From Planktothrix sp. GU0601_MAG3 (GTDB taxonomy: Bacteria > Cyanobacteriota > Cyanobacteriia > Cyanobacteriales > Microcoleaceae): 64,000 nucleotides of DNA. The stretch is from contig CP136572.1 in NCBI GenBank assembly GCA_035193785.1, positions 2,804,578-2,868,577 on the forward strand, read 5' to 3'. Under the pieces are notes generated by a model. It was not told the origin of the DNA and did no database searches. It saw nothing but the letters and a program-made list of their open reading frames with translations. The translations under genes were made by a program, and so were the position numbers. Shown piece after piece: positions 35,769-48,335 of the stretch. The first letter of the stretch is position 1, and every line of letters starts with the position of its first letter.

Positions 35769-36226
35769 GATTTGAGGGGGTTTTTAACTAAGTTGACGTT
35801 ATAATATCGGGGGTCGGAGGTGACTTCTTTTCCGATCCAATGGGGAATATCAATATTTTGATCTTCGGTTTCTAGTTCCACTTCTGCTAAGATTAATCCT
35901 TGATTTTCTCCCCAAAATTCGTCTACTTCCCAGATTAAATTCCCGATATTAATTTTATATCTGGTTTTTTCAATTAAAGGGCGATCGCATAATGTTTCTA
36001 ATAATTCTTCAGCATCTTCAACGGGGATTTTATACTCAAATTCTGCCCGACTGCTTCCGGTTGTTAAGCCTTTAATTGTTAAATATCCTTGACTTCCTAC
36101 GACCCGCACCCGCACGGTACGACCATTGATATTAGCAATATAGCCTTGACGATAGGTTTCTCCTACCGCAAGCGATCGCCATTCATCCCCTGTAACTAAA
36201 AATTTTCGTTCAATTTCTGTTGCCAT
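35765..36226 (-). CDS. CYTH-domain triphosphatase
   Basis: EIERKFL, QGY, VRVR, WEVDEF, AEVEL. Confidence 0.92.
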   Translation of the reverse strand: MATEIERKFLVTGDEWRSLAVGETYRQGYIANINGRTVRVRVVGSQGYLTIKGLTTGSSRAEFEYKIPVEDAEELLETLCDRPLIEKTRYKINIGNLIWEVDEFWGENQGLILAEVELETEDQNIDIPHWIGKEVTSDPRYYNVNLVKNPLKS

Positions 36227-36303
36227 TTGTAGTGATCTAAAAAATTATCTGTTTATGATTATACCATAAAATTTTATATTTTTATCAACAAATAAAAAAA
36301 ATC

Positions 36304-36347
36304 CCGTTGTTGCGCTTCAGCGCAATCTTGAGGGCTAAAGCCCAACA
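36304..36347 (+). repeat. REP doublet GTTG-TTGCGCTTCAGCGCAA / GGGCTAAAGCCC-AACAAC
   Basis: Two inverted hairpins; the first is identical to 16826-16851 reverse-complemented. Confidence 0.7.
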
Positions 36348-36485
36348 ACATACAACATCATGTTTATGTTAATAATAATTCATTTGCCAATCTCTACAAA
36401 ATTGATATAATAATTTTACTATGAGCGTCATCGCTTGCTAGATCAGAAAATAATCTATCGTTCAAATTTTAAGTTTACTTTATCC

Positions 36486-38450
36486 ATGACTGAACTATTA
36501 AATCCTGCTGAAAATCCTAATGTTTCCCGTCGTTATATTTTGAAATTATTTGGTATTAGTGCAGTTAGTGGAGTCTTGGGATATTCTCGATTCCACAAAC
36601 CCGAACCCACTATTTTCCAGCCGAATATTATTAATCTACCCCAATTTTTAACCCAACCTAAGCAGGTTGTTATTATCGGCGCAGGACTAGCGGGATTAGC
36701 CTGTGCTTATGAATTAAGTCAACGGGGATTTAAAGTTACTTTATTAGAAAAATCTCCCCAGTTAGGCGGTAAAATTGCCAGTTGGGATATTAAAATAGGG
36801 GATAAAACCTTTAAAATGGAACATGGTTTTCATGGGTTCTTTCCTCAATATTATAACTTAAAATCCTTAGTTAAGGAAATCGAAATTGATAATAATTTTA
36901 AATCCTTAGAATCCTATGCAGTGGTTTTTAAAAATAACCAATATCAACCGGAAGTCTTTCGCCCTAGTCATTCTGCATTTCCTTGGAATGTTGTTGATTT
37001 GGGATTTTCTTCTGCTAATCGTTTAAACTGGGGAATTAATCTGACCCATCTCAATCATTGGAAAGTATTTAGAGAAATTGGGGGGTTTAAAATTCCTAAT
37101 AGTTATCAACGCTTAGATGAGATTTCTGTTGCTGACTGGGTGCGTGAAGATTTCCCCCAAGGATTATATGATTTATATTTTCTTCCCTTTGCTAAATCCA
37201 GTTTAAATGCACCGGATAAATTGAGTGTGGGGGAATTAATGCAGTTTTTCCATTTCTATTTTTTTGGGAATCCTGAAGGGTTGGCTTTTAATGGAACTCG
37301 TCAAGATATGGGAACCAGTTTAGTCCAACCTTTAGTTAATGCGATTCAGCAAAAAGGTGGGGAAGTTATAACAGATATTACCGTAAGTAATATTAACTGG
37401 AATCAAGGAAAAATTGATTCTATCAGTTATTTTCAAGGTAATCAAGTTAATTCGGTGCCATTCTGGGTTAAATATAATTCAATTCTATCATCAATTACCC
37501 CAGCTTTACCCCAAAACAAACATTTAGAATACTTTGGGGATGGAGATGATGTTTATGCGGTATCCAGTCAGAATAATCAAGCTATTTCTTTACAATGTAC
37601 CCATCAAGGTTGTACTGTACAAATAGCAGAAGATGGATATTTTCATTGTCCTTGTCATGGAGCTATTTTTGATCAAAATGGTAAGGTTATTTCTGGCCCA
37701 GCACAACGAGATTTACCACATTATCAGGTAATAGAAAGACAGGAGAATCAAGTTCAGTTAGTTAGTGTTAATAATAACACAACTCAGAATCATAATATCC
37801 AGGCAGATTATTATATATTAGCGACGGATATTCCGGGGACACAACGATTATTTACGCTGATGAATGGGGAGATTAATCAACAGGTGAAACAACAAATTGA
37901 ACAATTACAAGTCGCTGACCCCTTTGCTGTTTGTCGGTTTTGGTTTGACCGAGATTTTCCTTGGGAATATAGCCATTTTACCTCCCTATCGGGTTATGAT
38001 TTAACCGATAGTATCACCCTTTATCATCGGATTCAAGAGGAATATATTAAATGGTATGAAGAAACCGGGGGGACTGTGGTGGAACTTCATGCTTATTGTT
38101 ATAAAGAAGCCCAATTTCCCACTCAAGAAGCGTTATTAACGACCTTTGAACAGGAACTTTATGAAATTGTCCCCGAATTAAAATTGGCTACCCTATTACA
38201 TCGAGAATTAGTCAATCAGAAAAATTTTGCTGGCTATCCCCCCGGAAGTTATGCAAATCGTCCGGCTACGAATTCTGGGGTTGCTAACTTAATATTTGCG
38301 GGAGATTGGGTAAAAATGCCCTTTCCCTGTGGTTTAATGGAAAGGGCTATTAGTAGCGGATTATTAGCAGCAAATGAAATTTTATCTCAGGAGAGTTTAC
38401 AAAAACGCTCGATTTTTTCTGTAAACCCAGAAGGATTTTTAAAGATATAA
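36486..38450 (+). CDS. cruE: Carotenoid ring desaturase/methyltransferase with Rieske insertion (CruE/CrtU-like)
   Basis: GAGLAG FAD motif, EHGFHGFFPQY, Rieske CTHQGC..CPCHG, AGDW, MERA. Confidence 0.75.
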   Translation: MTELLNPAENPNVSRRYILKLFGISAVSGVLGYSRFHKPEPTIFQPNIINLPQFLTQPKQVVIIGAGLAGLACAYELSQRGFKVTLLEKSPQLGGKIASWDIKIGDKTFKMEHGFHGFFPQYYNLKSLVKEIEIDNNFKSLESYAVVFKNNQYQPEVFRPSHSAFPWNVVDLGFSSANRLNWGINLTHLNHWKVFREIGGFKIPNSYQRLDEISVADWVREDFPQGLYDLYFLPFAKSSLNAPDKLSVGELMQFFHFYFFGNPEGLAFNGTRQDMGTSLVQPLVNAIQQKGGEVITDITVSNINWNQGKIDSISYFQGNQVNSVPFWVKYNSILSSITPALPQNKHLEYFGDGDDVYAVSSQNNQAISLQCTHQGCTVQIAEDGYFHCPCHGAIFDQNGKVISGPAQRDLPHYQVIERQENQVQLVSVNNNTTQNHNIQADYYILATDIPGTQRLFTLMNGEINQQVKQQIEQLQVADPFAVCRFWFDRDFPWEYSHFTSLSGYDLTDSITLYHRIQEEYIKWYEETGGTVVELHAYCYKEAQFPTQEALLTTFEQELYEIVPELKLATLLHRELVNQKNFAGYPPGSYANRPATNSGVANLIFAGDWVKMPFPCGLMERAISSGLLAANEILSQESLQKRSIFSVNPEGFLKI

Positions 38451-38465
38451 AATTGATTTCACCTT

Positions 38466-38513
38466 AATTCCGCGTAGGCGGAATTTGTCCGTGTAGCCGC
38501 GATTTCAATCGCC
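38466..38513 (+). repeat. Dispersed double-hairpin repeat
   Basis: AATTCCGCGTAGGCGGAATT..GCGATTTCAATCGC. Confidence 0.6.
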
Positions 38514-38553
38514 CGGTTAATATAAATCTTGTATTAAAATCTCCAAGGTCAAT

Positions 38554-39600
38554 ATGAATTCAGAAACAACATCAAAAACAAATGATATTAGACAGTTAGG
38601 AATAAACCCGAATCATTGGTATGTTATAGCCACCAGTCAAGAGATAAAAACTCAACCCCTAGAAGTGAAATTATGGAATCAAAATATTGTTTTATTTCGG
38701 GATAGTTTAGGCGAAATTCACGCCTTAGAAAATCGCTGTCCCCATCGACAAGTTAAATTAAGTCATGGTAAAATTATATCGGATTATATAGAATGTGCCT
38801 ATCATGGTTGGCAATTTAATTCTCAAGGAGAATGTGTCATAGTTCCCTATTTAGAGGATAGGCAAAAATTACCTAAAAATTGTAAAATTCGAGAATATTC
38901 GGTTAAAGAATTAGATGGTTTTATCTGGTTATTTCTAGGAGATACTCCTGATTTTATTCCACCCTTAGCCATTCCAGAATGGGATAATCTGAATTATATC
39001 GCCACGGTTTCAGTTATTCATTATCAAGGACATTTTTCCTTTTTAATTGAGAATTTAATGGATATGTACCATGGACATTTACATCAAGATTTACAGGCTT
39101 GGACAGATGCTCAGTTAGAAAAAATAGAAGAAACCCACAACCGAGTTGATGCCTATTATCAAGCTCAAAGTTATTATAAAATTGATAAAATTTGGTCAAT
39201 TTCCCAGCTATTTTTTCCCGGTTTAAGACAACTTCATCCTGAACCTTTAACCGTTAGTTATATTTATCCCCATTGGGTTTCTACCTTGGGAGAATATTTT
39301 AAAATATATTGTTTATTTTGTCCGATTAGTTTAACAGAAACCCGGGCTTATTTAATTCATTTTACCTCATTAAATGCCTTTTGGCGACTCCATAAACTTC
39401 CCATAAAATTCAGAAAGTTTGTCAAAGATTTGTGTTTTGGTTCCGCCCAAAAACTATTAGATGGGTTAGTCAAACAGGATATTTTAATGATAGAAGAAGA
39501 ACAACAATCCTATTTTAACAATTCCCAACAAAAAGGATACGAATTTAATCCGACTATCGCCAGTGTTCAACGGTTAATTCAAGGTCAAGTTAAACCCTAA
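38554..39600 (+). CDS. Rieske non-heme iron oxygenase (possibly the CruH carotenoid hydroxylase)
   Basis: CPHR..CAYHGW and ENLMDMYHGHLH; adjacent to cruE. Confidence 0.75.
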   Translation: MNSETTSKTNDIRQLGINPNHWYVIATSQEIKTQPLEVKLWNQNIVLFRDSLGEIHALENRCPHRQVKLSHGKIISDYIECAYHGWQFNSQGECVIVPYLEDRQKLPKNCKIREYSVKELDGFIWLFLGDTPDFIPPLAIPEWDNLNYIATVSVIHYQGHFSFLIENLMDMYHGHLHQDLQAWTDAQLEKIEETHNRVDAYYQAQSYYKIDKIWSISQLFFPGLRQLHPEPLTVSYIYPHWVSTLGEYFKIYCLFCPISLTETRAYLIHFTSLNAFWRLHKLPIKFRKFVKDLCFGSAQKLLDGLVKQDILMIEEEQQSYFNNSQQKGYEFNPTIASVQRLIQGQVKP

Positions 39601-39602
39601 AC

Positions 39603-42600
39603 TTAATCTTTTTGCTTCAAAATTAATAGGGTAATATCATCAAACTGTTTTTCTTCTCCTCGGAATGTAACAATATCATTAATCACAATTTGTTTAATTT
39701 CTTCTATTGGGTGTTGCCAATTTTTAGAAATAACATTACAGAGTCTATTCAGTCCATACTGTTGTCTATCAACATTGAAGGTTTCCGTAATTCCATCGGT
39801 ATATAAAACCACACCATCCCCGGTTTTTAACTCAACAGTTGTAGAAGTAATAAACTCCGTAATGTTTTCATCTAAAGCAATCGGAATCCCTAAATTAATG
39901 GTATCAATCCGTTCAATATTACCATCGGAACGAACAATTAAAATTTCTTCATGCTGTCCGCTAATCGTTAATAAACCTTGATAATAATTTAAAATAGCCA
40001 AAGTCAAATTTCTATCAACATTCATCCGTTCAACATTTTTATAAAGAGTGTTGTTAAGAATATTCAAAAATTGGATAGGGTCAGTTTCTCTAATTTCCGT
40101 GAGGGTACGAATTCCCATTTGAGTCATTAACATTAAAATTCCACTTTCTAACCCATGTCCGGTCACATCTCCAATTCCCAAAGTCACCACACCATCGGTT
40201 TCTAAAACATCATAATAATCTCCCCCAACTTCCTCCGCAGGTTTCATAAATCCCACAATTTCTAATCCAGAAATCATAGCGAGTTCCTCCGGTCTAGGTA
40301 AAATCATTTGTTGTAAACGACGAGTTACTTCTAATTCCGTTGCTAACCGTAGATTTTCCGTTTGTAGGCGACTAATATTAACATGGGTTTTAATTCTAGC
40401 TAAAAGTTCATCCTTAGCAAAGGGTTTTATCATATAATCATTTGCACCCATATTTAACCCAGTTACAATATCTTGAACTTGAGTTTTAGCCGTTAATAAA
40501 ATAATCGGTAATTCCGTTTGATTAAACTGTTCTCGAAGTTTTTGGGTAACTTCATATCCGGTAATTTTAGGCATCATCACATCCAATAACATTACATCGG
40601 GTCTGAGTCCTTTAGCAATTAATTCTAATGCTTCTTCGCCATTACTAGCTTGAAAAACCGCATAATGATGTAATGAAAGATTATTTAATAAAACCTGACG
40701 ATTCACGATTTCATCATCCACAATTAAAATTTTAATCGTTTCTGGAGAATAGTTCATCGACAGTTGAGAAAAACCAGGATTAACGGATAATAATGTATTA
40801 ATTTGTATGGGTTTTAGATAACTTTTAATCTGGTTTTCCATAGGAGTTTTAACTACATTTTCGGCAATAGGTAGGGTAAAAGTAAATCGAGAACCGATAC
40901 CAACCTCAGATTCAACCGTCATTTCACCCCCATGTAATTCTACCAATTGTTTTGTAATGGTTAATCCTAATCCGGTACCGCCATATTCTCTAGCGGTTGA
41001 ACCTTCTCCCTGTTCAAAGGATTCAAAAATTCTATCTAATTTATTAGCCTCAATCCCAATTCCCGTATCAGAAATCGTAATTGCCATTTGAGATTTTTTA
41101 GTTTCAGGTAAAATTATTGCTGAAATTTCTACTATTCCTTCTGGGGTGAATTTTATCGCATTTCCAACTAAATTATAGAAAATTTGTTGTAACCGATTTT
41201 CGTCTGCTTCCGCCAGGGAGAAATCAACGGGAATCCGATTAATTAGATGCAAATTTTTATGGGTAATTAGATGTTGACTTAAGATTAAAACCGCATCAAC
41301 AATCGCCCGAATATCAAGCGGTCGCCGTTGTAATTCTATATTTTGATAGCGCAATTTAGAGAAGTCTAAAATATCACTAACTAAACTAGATAGGCGGCGA
41401 CCACTAGCCGCAATCATGGCTAAATTGCTATTAGTTTGGGGGGATAAATCTCCGGTTGCCCCATCAATTAAAGATTCCGCAATCCCAATAATTCCATTTA
41501 AAGGAGTTCGTAATTCATGGGAAGTATTGGCAAGAAATTCATCCTTTAATTGGTCTAACTTTTGAAGTTCTTTATTTTTGGATTCCAAAATAGTAAAGGA
41601 TTCTTTTAACTGTTTTGCCATACTATTAAAAGATTTGGCTAACTGACCTAATTCATCCTTGCGTTTAAGATTAACCTGTTGTTCCCATTGTCCTTGAGCA
41701 ATTTTTTTGGCTGCAATATTCAACTGTAAAATTGGTTTGACAATCCATTGTGATGTTAATAATCCGATTAATGTAGCTCCTAATAATGCCAAACTACATA
41801 AGGCAATGGTCGTGCGGGTATTCGCATTAATTTGTTCCATAAAATCCGCTTCAGGAACCACCACAAGAATTAACCAATTTACCGTTTTTCCCTTCTGAAA
41901 AGGTAACACATTGACAAAATAACGATGGTAATTCCAAGTAAATTCTAGTTTTTTTTCCTGTTTAATATCCTGGAGATTAGAATAGGTTTGGTTTAAATAT
42001 TTAGCCGTGGCTTGAGTTAAGGGATTTTGGCTTTTTACCGCCTCAAATAACTGTCTATTATTATCAACAACTAAAAAGGGTTTTTCTAAAGTAGAAGTAG
42101 CTAATAACGTACCATCACTATCAATTAAAAAGGTTTGTCCTGATTTTCCTACCTTTAATTGATTTAAAAAATTTCCAATGCCATCTAAACGTAATGCGGT
42201 GTTAAGAACCCCTTGAACTTGTTGGGTTTGAGGATTATAAACCGGAAGCAAAGCACTCATTAATAAAGTCGGTTCTAATAAAGATAAATACACCGAACTC
42301 CAAGTCATATCCCCAGCTTTTACCGCATCTTTATACCACACCCCCTTAAGGGTATTAAAATTTTTAACAATGGTTTCCACTTCGGTGCGATCGCCTTTAT
42401 AATTAGTCTTATAGGAATAGAAGTCAAAATTAGTAAAGGTATCAATCACATTAATTCTTAAAGACCCATCCCCCAACTGTTCCCCCGTGCGTTCCTGTCC
42501 GGCGGCATTAGTAATTTTAATAAAATTAATATCAGGATAAAGTTGCACCTGTCGCCAGAGATACTTTTCCCACGGGGTTAAATTTTGAAAACTTAAAATA

Positions 42601-42887
42601 CCTGATTTAATTAAATTCGAGTGGGTTTGATTAATCTTTTCTGGCACTGCTAAATAGGCTTCTAAATTCTGTTCAACCCGCGCACTAATTTCATTTTGTA
42701 ACTGACCTACCACCTGATTAACCGCCTTCTGTCCTGCCTGAAAAGACAGCCAACCCACAATCCCAACCGCCCCAAAAATTTGCAGCAAAAAGGGTATAAT
42801 CAAAACCGTTCGGATGGGAATTGGATGCTGACTTTTCCGAACCATCTTCATCCAAATTGACTGAAATTTAGGCAAATAAATTGACAT
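39603..42887 (-). CDS. Cache-HAMP histidine kinase with receiver and SpoIIE/PP2C output
   Basis: [51 protein letters not shown]. Confidence 0.92.
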   Translation of the reverse strand: MSIYLPKFQSIWMKMVRKSQHPIPIRTVLIIPFLLQIFGAVGIVGWLSFQAGQKAVNQVVGQLQNEISARVEQNLEAYLAVPEKINQTHSNLIKSGILSFQNLTPWEKYLWRQVQLYPDINFIKITNAAGQERTGEQLGDGSLRINVIDTFTNFDFYSYKTNYKGDRTEVETIVKNFNTLKGVWYKDAVKAGDMTWSSVYLSLLEPTLLMSALLPVYNPQTQQVQGVLNTALRLDGIGNFLNQLKVGKSGQTFLIDSDGTLLATSTLEKPFLVVDNNRQLFEAVKSQNPLTQATAKYLNQTYSNLQDIKQEKKLEFTWNYHRYFVNVLPFQKGKTVNWLILVVVPEADFMEQINANTRTTIALCSLALLGATLIGLLTSQWIVKPILQLNIAAKKIAQGQWEQQVNLKRKDELGQLAKSFNSMAKQLKESFTILESKNKELQKLDQLKDEFLANTSHELRTPLNGIIGIAESLIDGATGDLSPQTNSNLAMIAASGRRLSSLVSDILDFSKLRYQNIELQRRPLDIRAIVDAVLILSQHLITHKNLHLINRIPVDFSLAEADENRLQQIFYNLVGNAIKFTPEGIVEISAIILPETKKSQMAITISDTGIGIEANKLDRIFESFEQGEGSTAREYGGTGLGLTITKQLVELHGGEMTVESEVGIGSRFTFTLPIAENVVKTPMENQIKSYLKPIQINTLLSVNPGFSQLSMNYSPETIKILIVDDEIVNRQVLLNNLSLHHYAVFQASNGEEALELIAKGLRPDVMLLDVMMPKITGYEVTQKLREQFNQTELPIILLTAKTQVQDIVTGLNMGANDYMIKPFAKDELLARIKTHVNISRLQTENLRLATELEVTRRLQQMILPRPEELAMISGLEIVGFMKPAEEVGGDYYDVLETDGVVTLGIGDVTGHGLESGILMLMTQMGIRTLTEIRETDPIQFLNILNNTLYKNVERMNVDRNLTLAILNYYQGLLTISGQHEEILIVRSDGNIERIDTINLGIPIALDENITEFITSTTVELKTGDGVVLYTDGITETFNVDRQQYGLNRLCNVISKNWQHPIEEIKQIVINDIVTFRGEEKQFDDITLLILKQKD

Positions 42888-42976
42888 TAAAGATCAAAAT
42901 TTATGGTTATTAAATAGGTAATAGGTAATCAATTAACTCTTAAACTGATTACTGATTACTGATTACCGATTACTGA

Positions 42977-43544
42977 TTACTCTCCCCAGCGTTTCATCTG
43001 ACCCCCATCAATATCAAAGAGGTCAAGCACCCGACAAACCGTATTTGTAACCATTTCATCAATCGATTCTGGCATCGTATAAAATGCCGGAACCGGAGGC
43101 ATAATAATCCCCCCACATTCAGTCACCGTCAACATATTTTTAAGATGGATAGCATGGAGAGGGGTTTCCCGCACCATTAACACCAACCGACGGCGCTCCT
43201 TGAGTACCACATCCGCCGCCCGGGTCAGGAGATTGCCCGTCACCCCCGTAGCCACCTCAGCCAAGGTTTTCATGGAACAGGGAAGAATCACCATTCCCAT
43301 CGTCCGAAACGAACCACTGGATATTGCTGCCCCCACATCACCGATAGCATAGCTCACATCAGCTAAGTTGTGGAGTTGTTTACTATCTATATTCAACTCA
43401 TGGGCCCTAGTGATTTCTCCTGCCCGGGAAACCACCAGATGGGTTTCCACATCGGTTTCTCGCAGGAGTTTCCAACAGACGCACCGCATAGATAATACCA
43501 CTCGCCCCACTAATGCCCACAATGAGACGTTTAGAACTGGTCAT
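42977..43544 (-). CDS. ubiX: Flavin prenyltransferase UbiX (frameshift near 43467)
   Basis: ATG 43544 gives MTSSKRLIVGISGASG; SSGS, PCSMKTL, RETP, PPVPAFY. Confidence 0.92.
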
Positions 43545-43603
43545 ATTAACGGCGGCTTCCTAATCTGAATTATTCTATTTTAACCCTAAATAAACCCATT
43601 TTT

Positions 43604-44938
43604 TTAAGAATCTTTGTTTCTGATATCACTGCGAATATGTAAATCCCGTTGAGGATAGGGAATTTCAATATTTTTCTCTGCAAAAACCCTCCAAATTTCA
43701 CAAGCAATTTCGCTCATAATTCGTTTCCCTCCGATGGGAGTTGCTAACCAGACTGTGATCTCAAAATCTAAACTAGATTCTCCAAAATTAATAAAACTGA
43801 CTGTAGGAGCCGGATCATTTAAAGTTTCAGGATGTTTATAGATAATTTCTAACAAAATCTCAATCATTTTTTGCGGATCACAATCATAACTCACTCCCAC
43901 AATCAAAGATTTTCTTACCCGGCGATCGCTCCCGGTCATGGTTTTAAGTTCCTGGGTAAAAAAGATTTGATTCGGAATAATTTTTTCCGAATTATCCCTC
44001 GTCACTTGTACCGTTGTGGCTCGGATACTAATTTTTTTAACTTCACTCGATTCTCCCCCAATTTCAATAATATCTCCCGGTCTTAAAGAGCCTTCAAATA
44101 ATAGAAATATCCCACTAATAAAATTACTAAAAACTTCTTTTAACCCGAAACCAATCCCAACGGATAAACCGCCCGTAATCGCCGCAAATGTTGTGGAATT
44201 AAATCCCAAATATCCCACAAACAGCACAATTCCTAAAGTAATTAAAAAATAACGAATTAAAATCAAAGAAGCTTGAATACCACCGGAATCCAGTTTCGTG
44301 CTATTAACAATAATCTGCCAGAGAATATATTCAAAAATATTAACAGCAACAATCCATAAATATAACCCCACCGTGCTGATTAAAATTGCTCCTACAGTTA
44401 ATGGACTGCCAAATAAATTAATCACCACCACTTGCAGAAGTTGATCAAGATCTACAAATAAACTTAAAATTTCTCTCAAAACATATAAAATAAATATTGG
44501 TTTAAAAAAATATAAATTACACTCTTTAACCCGATCAATCGGAATAAATAGACATAGGCAAACTACAAAAATCCGATAAAATAGATAAACCCATAAAAGA
44601 TTAATTGCGATCGCCAGAATCCCGGCAATCCATCCTTGAGAAATGAATAAATTTTGAAATAAATTTAAGAAAATCAAGCTAAATCCCCGACCCACTAAAT
44701 CAGGAATTAAGACTAATCCACACCAATAGGGAGCTAAAGTTGTTTCTTGGGCTAGATTAACTGCTAGTTGTGGGAAATTTGCTTTAATTTTTTTACCGAC
44801 CCAATAGGATAGACTATGACCGACTAAAATAGATATCAAAATCACCCCTAATTGAATTTGTACCGGAGAGCGATACAAAAAAATCAGGAGTTTAGTAATT
44901 TGATCAACAATGAATATTAAATCGAGTGAATTGGACAT
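43604..44938 (-). CDS. MscS-family mechanosensitive channel
   Basis: GLSVGIGFGLKE..NFISG, IPN, FGESSLDF, IPYPQRDLH. Confidence 0.9.
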   Translation of the reverse strand: MSNSLDLIFIVDQITKLLIFLYRSPVQIQLGVILISILVGHSLSYWVGKKIKANFPQLAVNLAQETTLAPYWCGLVLIPDLVGRGFSLIFLNLFQNLFISQGWIAGILAIAINLLWVYLFYRIFVVCLCLFIPIDRVKECNLYFFKPIFILYVLREILSLFVDLDQLLQVVVINLFGSPLTVGAILISTVGLYLWIVAVNIFEYILWQIIVNSTKLDSGGIQASLILIRYFLITLGIVLFVGYLGFNSTTFAAITGGLSVGIGFGLKEVFSNFISGIFLLFEGSLRPGDIIEIGGESSEVKKISIRATTVQVTRDNSEKIIPNQIFFTQELKTMTGSDRRVRKSLIVGVSYDCDPQKMIEILLEIIYKHPETLNDPAPTVSFINFGESSLDFEITVWLATPIGGKRIMSEIACEIWRVFAEKNIEIPYPQRDLHIRSDIRNKDS

Positions 44939-44950
44939 ATCGGGTTTTTT

Positions 44951-46163
44951 TTAAGGTTGACTTGATTTCTGATTCACAGTTTCCAGTAATCTGAGCAGCA
45001 GCATATTCAGGAGTGATACTTCCCGCTAATACTTGAGGATATAAACTATTGCCCGTCTTCCCCCAAAACCGCGCCAATTGAACTTGGTCTAAAGGAATCG
45101 CGATGGCGGTTTTAGATTGCTCCACTAATATTGCTTCTCGGGGAAACAAACGACTATTAACATTAACATTGTTATTAGCTGGCATAAAAGAGCCCTCTAG
45201 GAGACTTAACCGCTTACGAGTTTGTTCTGGATTTGTAAAAAACTCAGCCAATTTTAGAGCCAACTGCTGTTGTTGAGGACTTGATATTCGATTAAACAAA
45301 ATCACACGAGAATAGAGAAAAGGCCCGGCGGGGTTGTCGCCTTCCCCGGGTAATAAGGCAACACCCAAATTATCTTTTCCTAACGCTTGGCTATATTTGG
45401 GAAACTGGGAAGAATCACAAAAAACATAGGCTAATCGGTTATTAATAAACCCCTGTTCCAAGCCTTCAATACCATCACTAAAAACCATATTTGGTTCGTT
45501 TTGGGCAATTTTTAGCCACTCCATCCATTTTGCCCAACTTTTTTGATCAAAAACAAAATTACCTTGGGCATCAAAAGATTTTCCCCCAAAAACTTGCACT
45601 CCCCAAAAGGTGGCTATAAAATTAGACCATATCCCCACCGAGTAACCCTTCTTGGCTTGTTCCAATAGCTCCGTTAAAGTTTTAGGCGGTAAATCAACCT
45701 TCTTCTTGTTATAGCAAAGAGTTTGAGTCATCACCGAGGTGGGTATACCATAGATTTTTCCTTGATAGTGAACATGACTAATCGCCGTAGGAAGGTAACC
45801 CGAAAAGTCAAAGTCTTGAATCACCGGAATCAAATTATCCTGAATCAAACCCGGAATCACCCCGGAAGCAGTAAATAGAAAATCCGGCCCCAAACCCCTC
45901 TTAACTTGTGTGCGGAATTGCTGATTTAATTGATCACTGGGAATATATTCACTCACAATCCTAACATTAGGATATATTCGCATATAATCCTTAAAAGACT
46001 CTTGCATCATTTCTTGGATTTGACCGTCAAATGAATGCCAAACTAAAATCTGCCCCTGAATGGATGGCGGTTGAGACTCAGATATCTTGTCCGTACCCTT
46101 GGGACTGCAACTGGTCAAAAATATTAATACTAAGATAATTAACTGCAAAAAACGATAACGCAA
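44951..46163 (-). CDS. Lipoprotein sugar-type (family 1) solute-binding protein (probable frameshift near 44982)
   Basis: Lipobox LTSC, LVWH, GPD, YGIP, YNK. Confidence 0.8.
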
Positions 46164-46322
46164 TTGATTTTCCTACTCCCTAAATTAAATATTGAAACAT
46201 TCTATAGCAATCAGCAGTTTACCCTTGACAACTTCTTTGCGTCTTTGGAGTTAAATTCTGCCCAACCCTTACTATAAAATAAGCGATCGCCCTTTTCAAT
46301 AAAAGCGATCGCTTATTCTAAA

Positions 46323-46389
46323 AGAAACCCGGTTTCTTGCAGTTATCTATCTGAATTACAGCAAATTCCGCTTCATAAACCGGGTTTCT
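46323..46389. repeat. AGAAACCCGGTTTCT..AAACCGGGTTTCT dispersed repeat pair
   Basis: Two inverted imperfect palindromes downstream of ndhD; two HIP1 sites at 46283 and 46305. Confidence 0.6.
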
Positions 46390-46391
46390 AT

Positions 46392-48082
46392 CTATTTCAA
46401 CATCCCTGAAACCGAAGCCACCTCCGGTTTAGCAATCCGAGGGGCCATAAACCCCTTCGCATACAAATCGGGATTTGCCTTAGCCACTTGAGCATAAGAA
46501 TCCCGCATCTGACTATTGAGGGCAACGGTGGTGGCATCATAAACCTTAGTTACCAGTTTAGGATATAACCCAATTCCCACAATCAGCACCAGGAAACTCG
46601 CAGCAATGAAGACCTCCCGGGGTCGAGCATCACTAAAAGTCGATTCCGAGGGGAGTACACAACTGGTTTCCAAAACAAAATGCCTCTAGGTCACCAGGAT
46701 TTTTGGCAACCGCATCACCCAACATACAAGCAGGCGCTTCACCCGTTGCATAGAATAACTGACGCAGCATTGATAGTAAATAAATCGGGGTCAGAACTAA
46801 TCCCACACCCGCCAAGGCCACCAGAACCACCCGGAAAGTCGTGCTATAAATATCGCTGGTGCTAATCCCAATAAAGATCAACACTTCACTAGCGAAACCA
46901 CTCATCCCAGGTAAGGCCATAGATGCCATCGCCCCGGCGGTAAACAGAGTGAACACCCGGGGCATCACCTTACCGATATAACCCATTTCATCCAAAGCCA
47001 GAGTATGGGTGCGGTCATAGGTAACACCCGCCAGGAAGAACAGCACCGCCGAAATTAGACCGTGGGAGATCATTTGTAGTAATGCTCCACTCACCCCAAT
47101 ATCGGTAAAGGAGGCAATTCCCAGCAACACAAACCCCATGTGAGACACAGAGGAATAGGCTAGGCGGCGTTTCATATTCGATTGGCCAAAGGAATTTAAG
47201 CCACCATACACAATATTAACCACCCCTAGAATTGCCAGAATCGGGGCAAAATAGATATGGGCATCGGGTAGCATTCCCATATTCACCCTAATCAGACCGT
47301 ATCCCCCCATCTTTAAAAGTACCCCAGCCAAAATCATCGAAACCGGGGCCGATGCCTCACCGTGGGCATCCGGTAGCCAAGTGTGTAGGGGGAAAACCGC
47401 CAGTTTCAGGCCAAAGGCGATTAATAACCCGGCATACATAAATAATTCTAGGGTGAGAGGATAATCCTTCAGACCTAGTTCCACCATATCGAAAGTTAAG
47501 GGGCCACCGCCATAAAAGGCCATTGCTAAGGCAGCCACCAGGATAAATAAGGAGGCAGCGGCCGTATATAATAAAAATTTAGTGGCGGCGTAACGGCGTT
47601 TTGGCCCGCCCCAGATGGAAATTAATAGGTACACCGGAATTAATTCCAGTTTCCCAGACAATAAATAACAGCAGTAAGTCTTGGGCCACAAATACCCCGA
47701 TTTGGGCCGAATACAGCACCAACATCAGGAAGTAGAACAGACGGGGTTTTTGGTCTACCTGCCAAGCTGCAAAAATAGACAGAGTTGTGACAAGTCCAGC
47801 CAGAAGTACCAGGGGAAGGGAAATCCCGTCTATAGAAACGGCCCAGTTCAAACCCAATTGAGGCGCCCAGGGAAACTTTTCCACGAGTTGGAAATTTGCA
47901 CTGCTCGCATCGTAATACTTCAAGAAGACATAGCACATTAACAATAAGTCCGCGATGCCTACACCAAGGGCATACCAGCGCAACTGTTTGCCATTTTTAT
48001 CCGGCAGCACAGGAATCAGCGCCGAAGCCACAAGTGGGAGCAGGACTATCGTGGTCAGCCAGGGAAATTGATCCGCCATCAT
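46392..48082 (-). CDS. ndhD: NDH-1 subunit 4 (NdhD2-like); two frameshifts
   Basis: [14 protein letters not shown](L)[30 protein letters not shown]. Confidence 0.92.
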
Positions 48083-48335
48083 GACAGTAAGAACAAATAC
48101 TTATCCGTGAATTATTTTATTGTACTCAACCCTGTAACGATTTGTATATAAATTTTTTTATCGGAGGTAATTATTGATTAAGGTATATAGCTTTGGTTTA
48201 TATATGTACATATAGAGTTAAATCAATAGTATTAAAATATTTACCCCTATCACAATAGGTAATGGGGAATTCGGTAAATCTTTGACTTTACAGTCTTATT
48301 TTCGACAAGGATTTCATATAATTAATCCCTAATCC

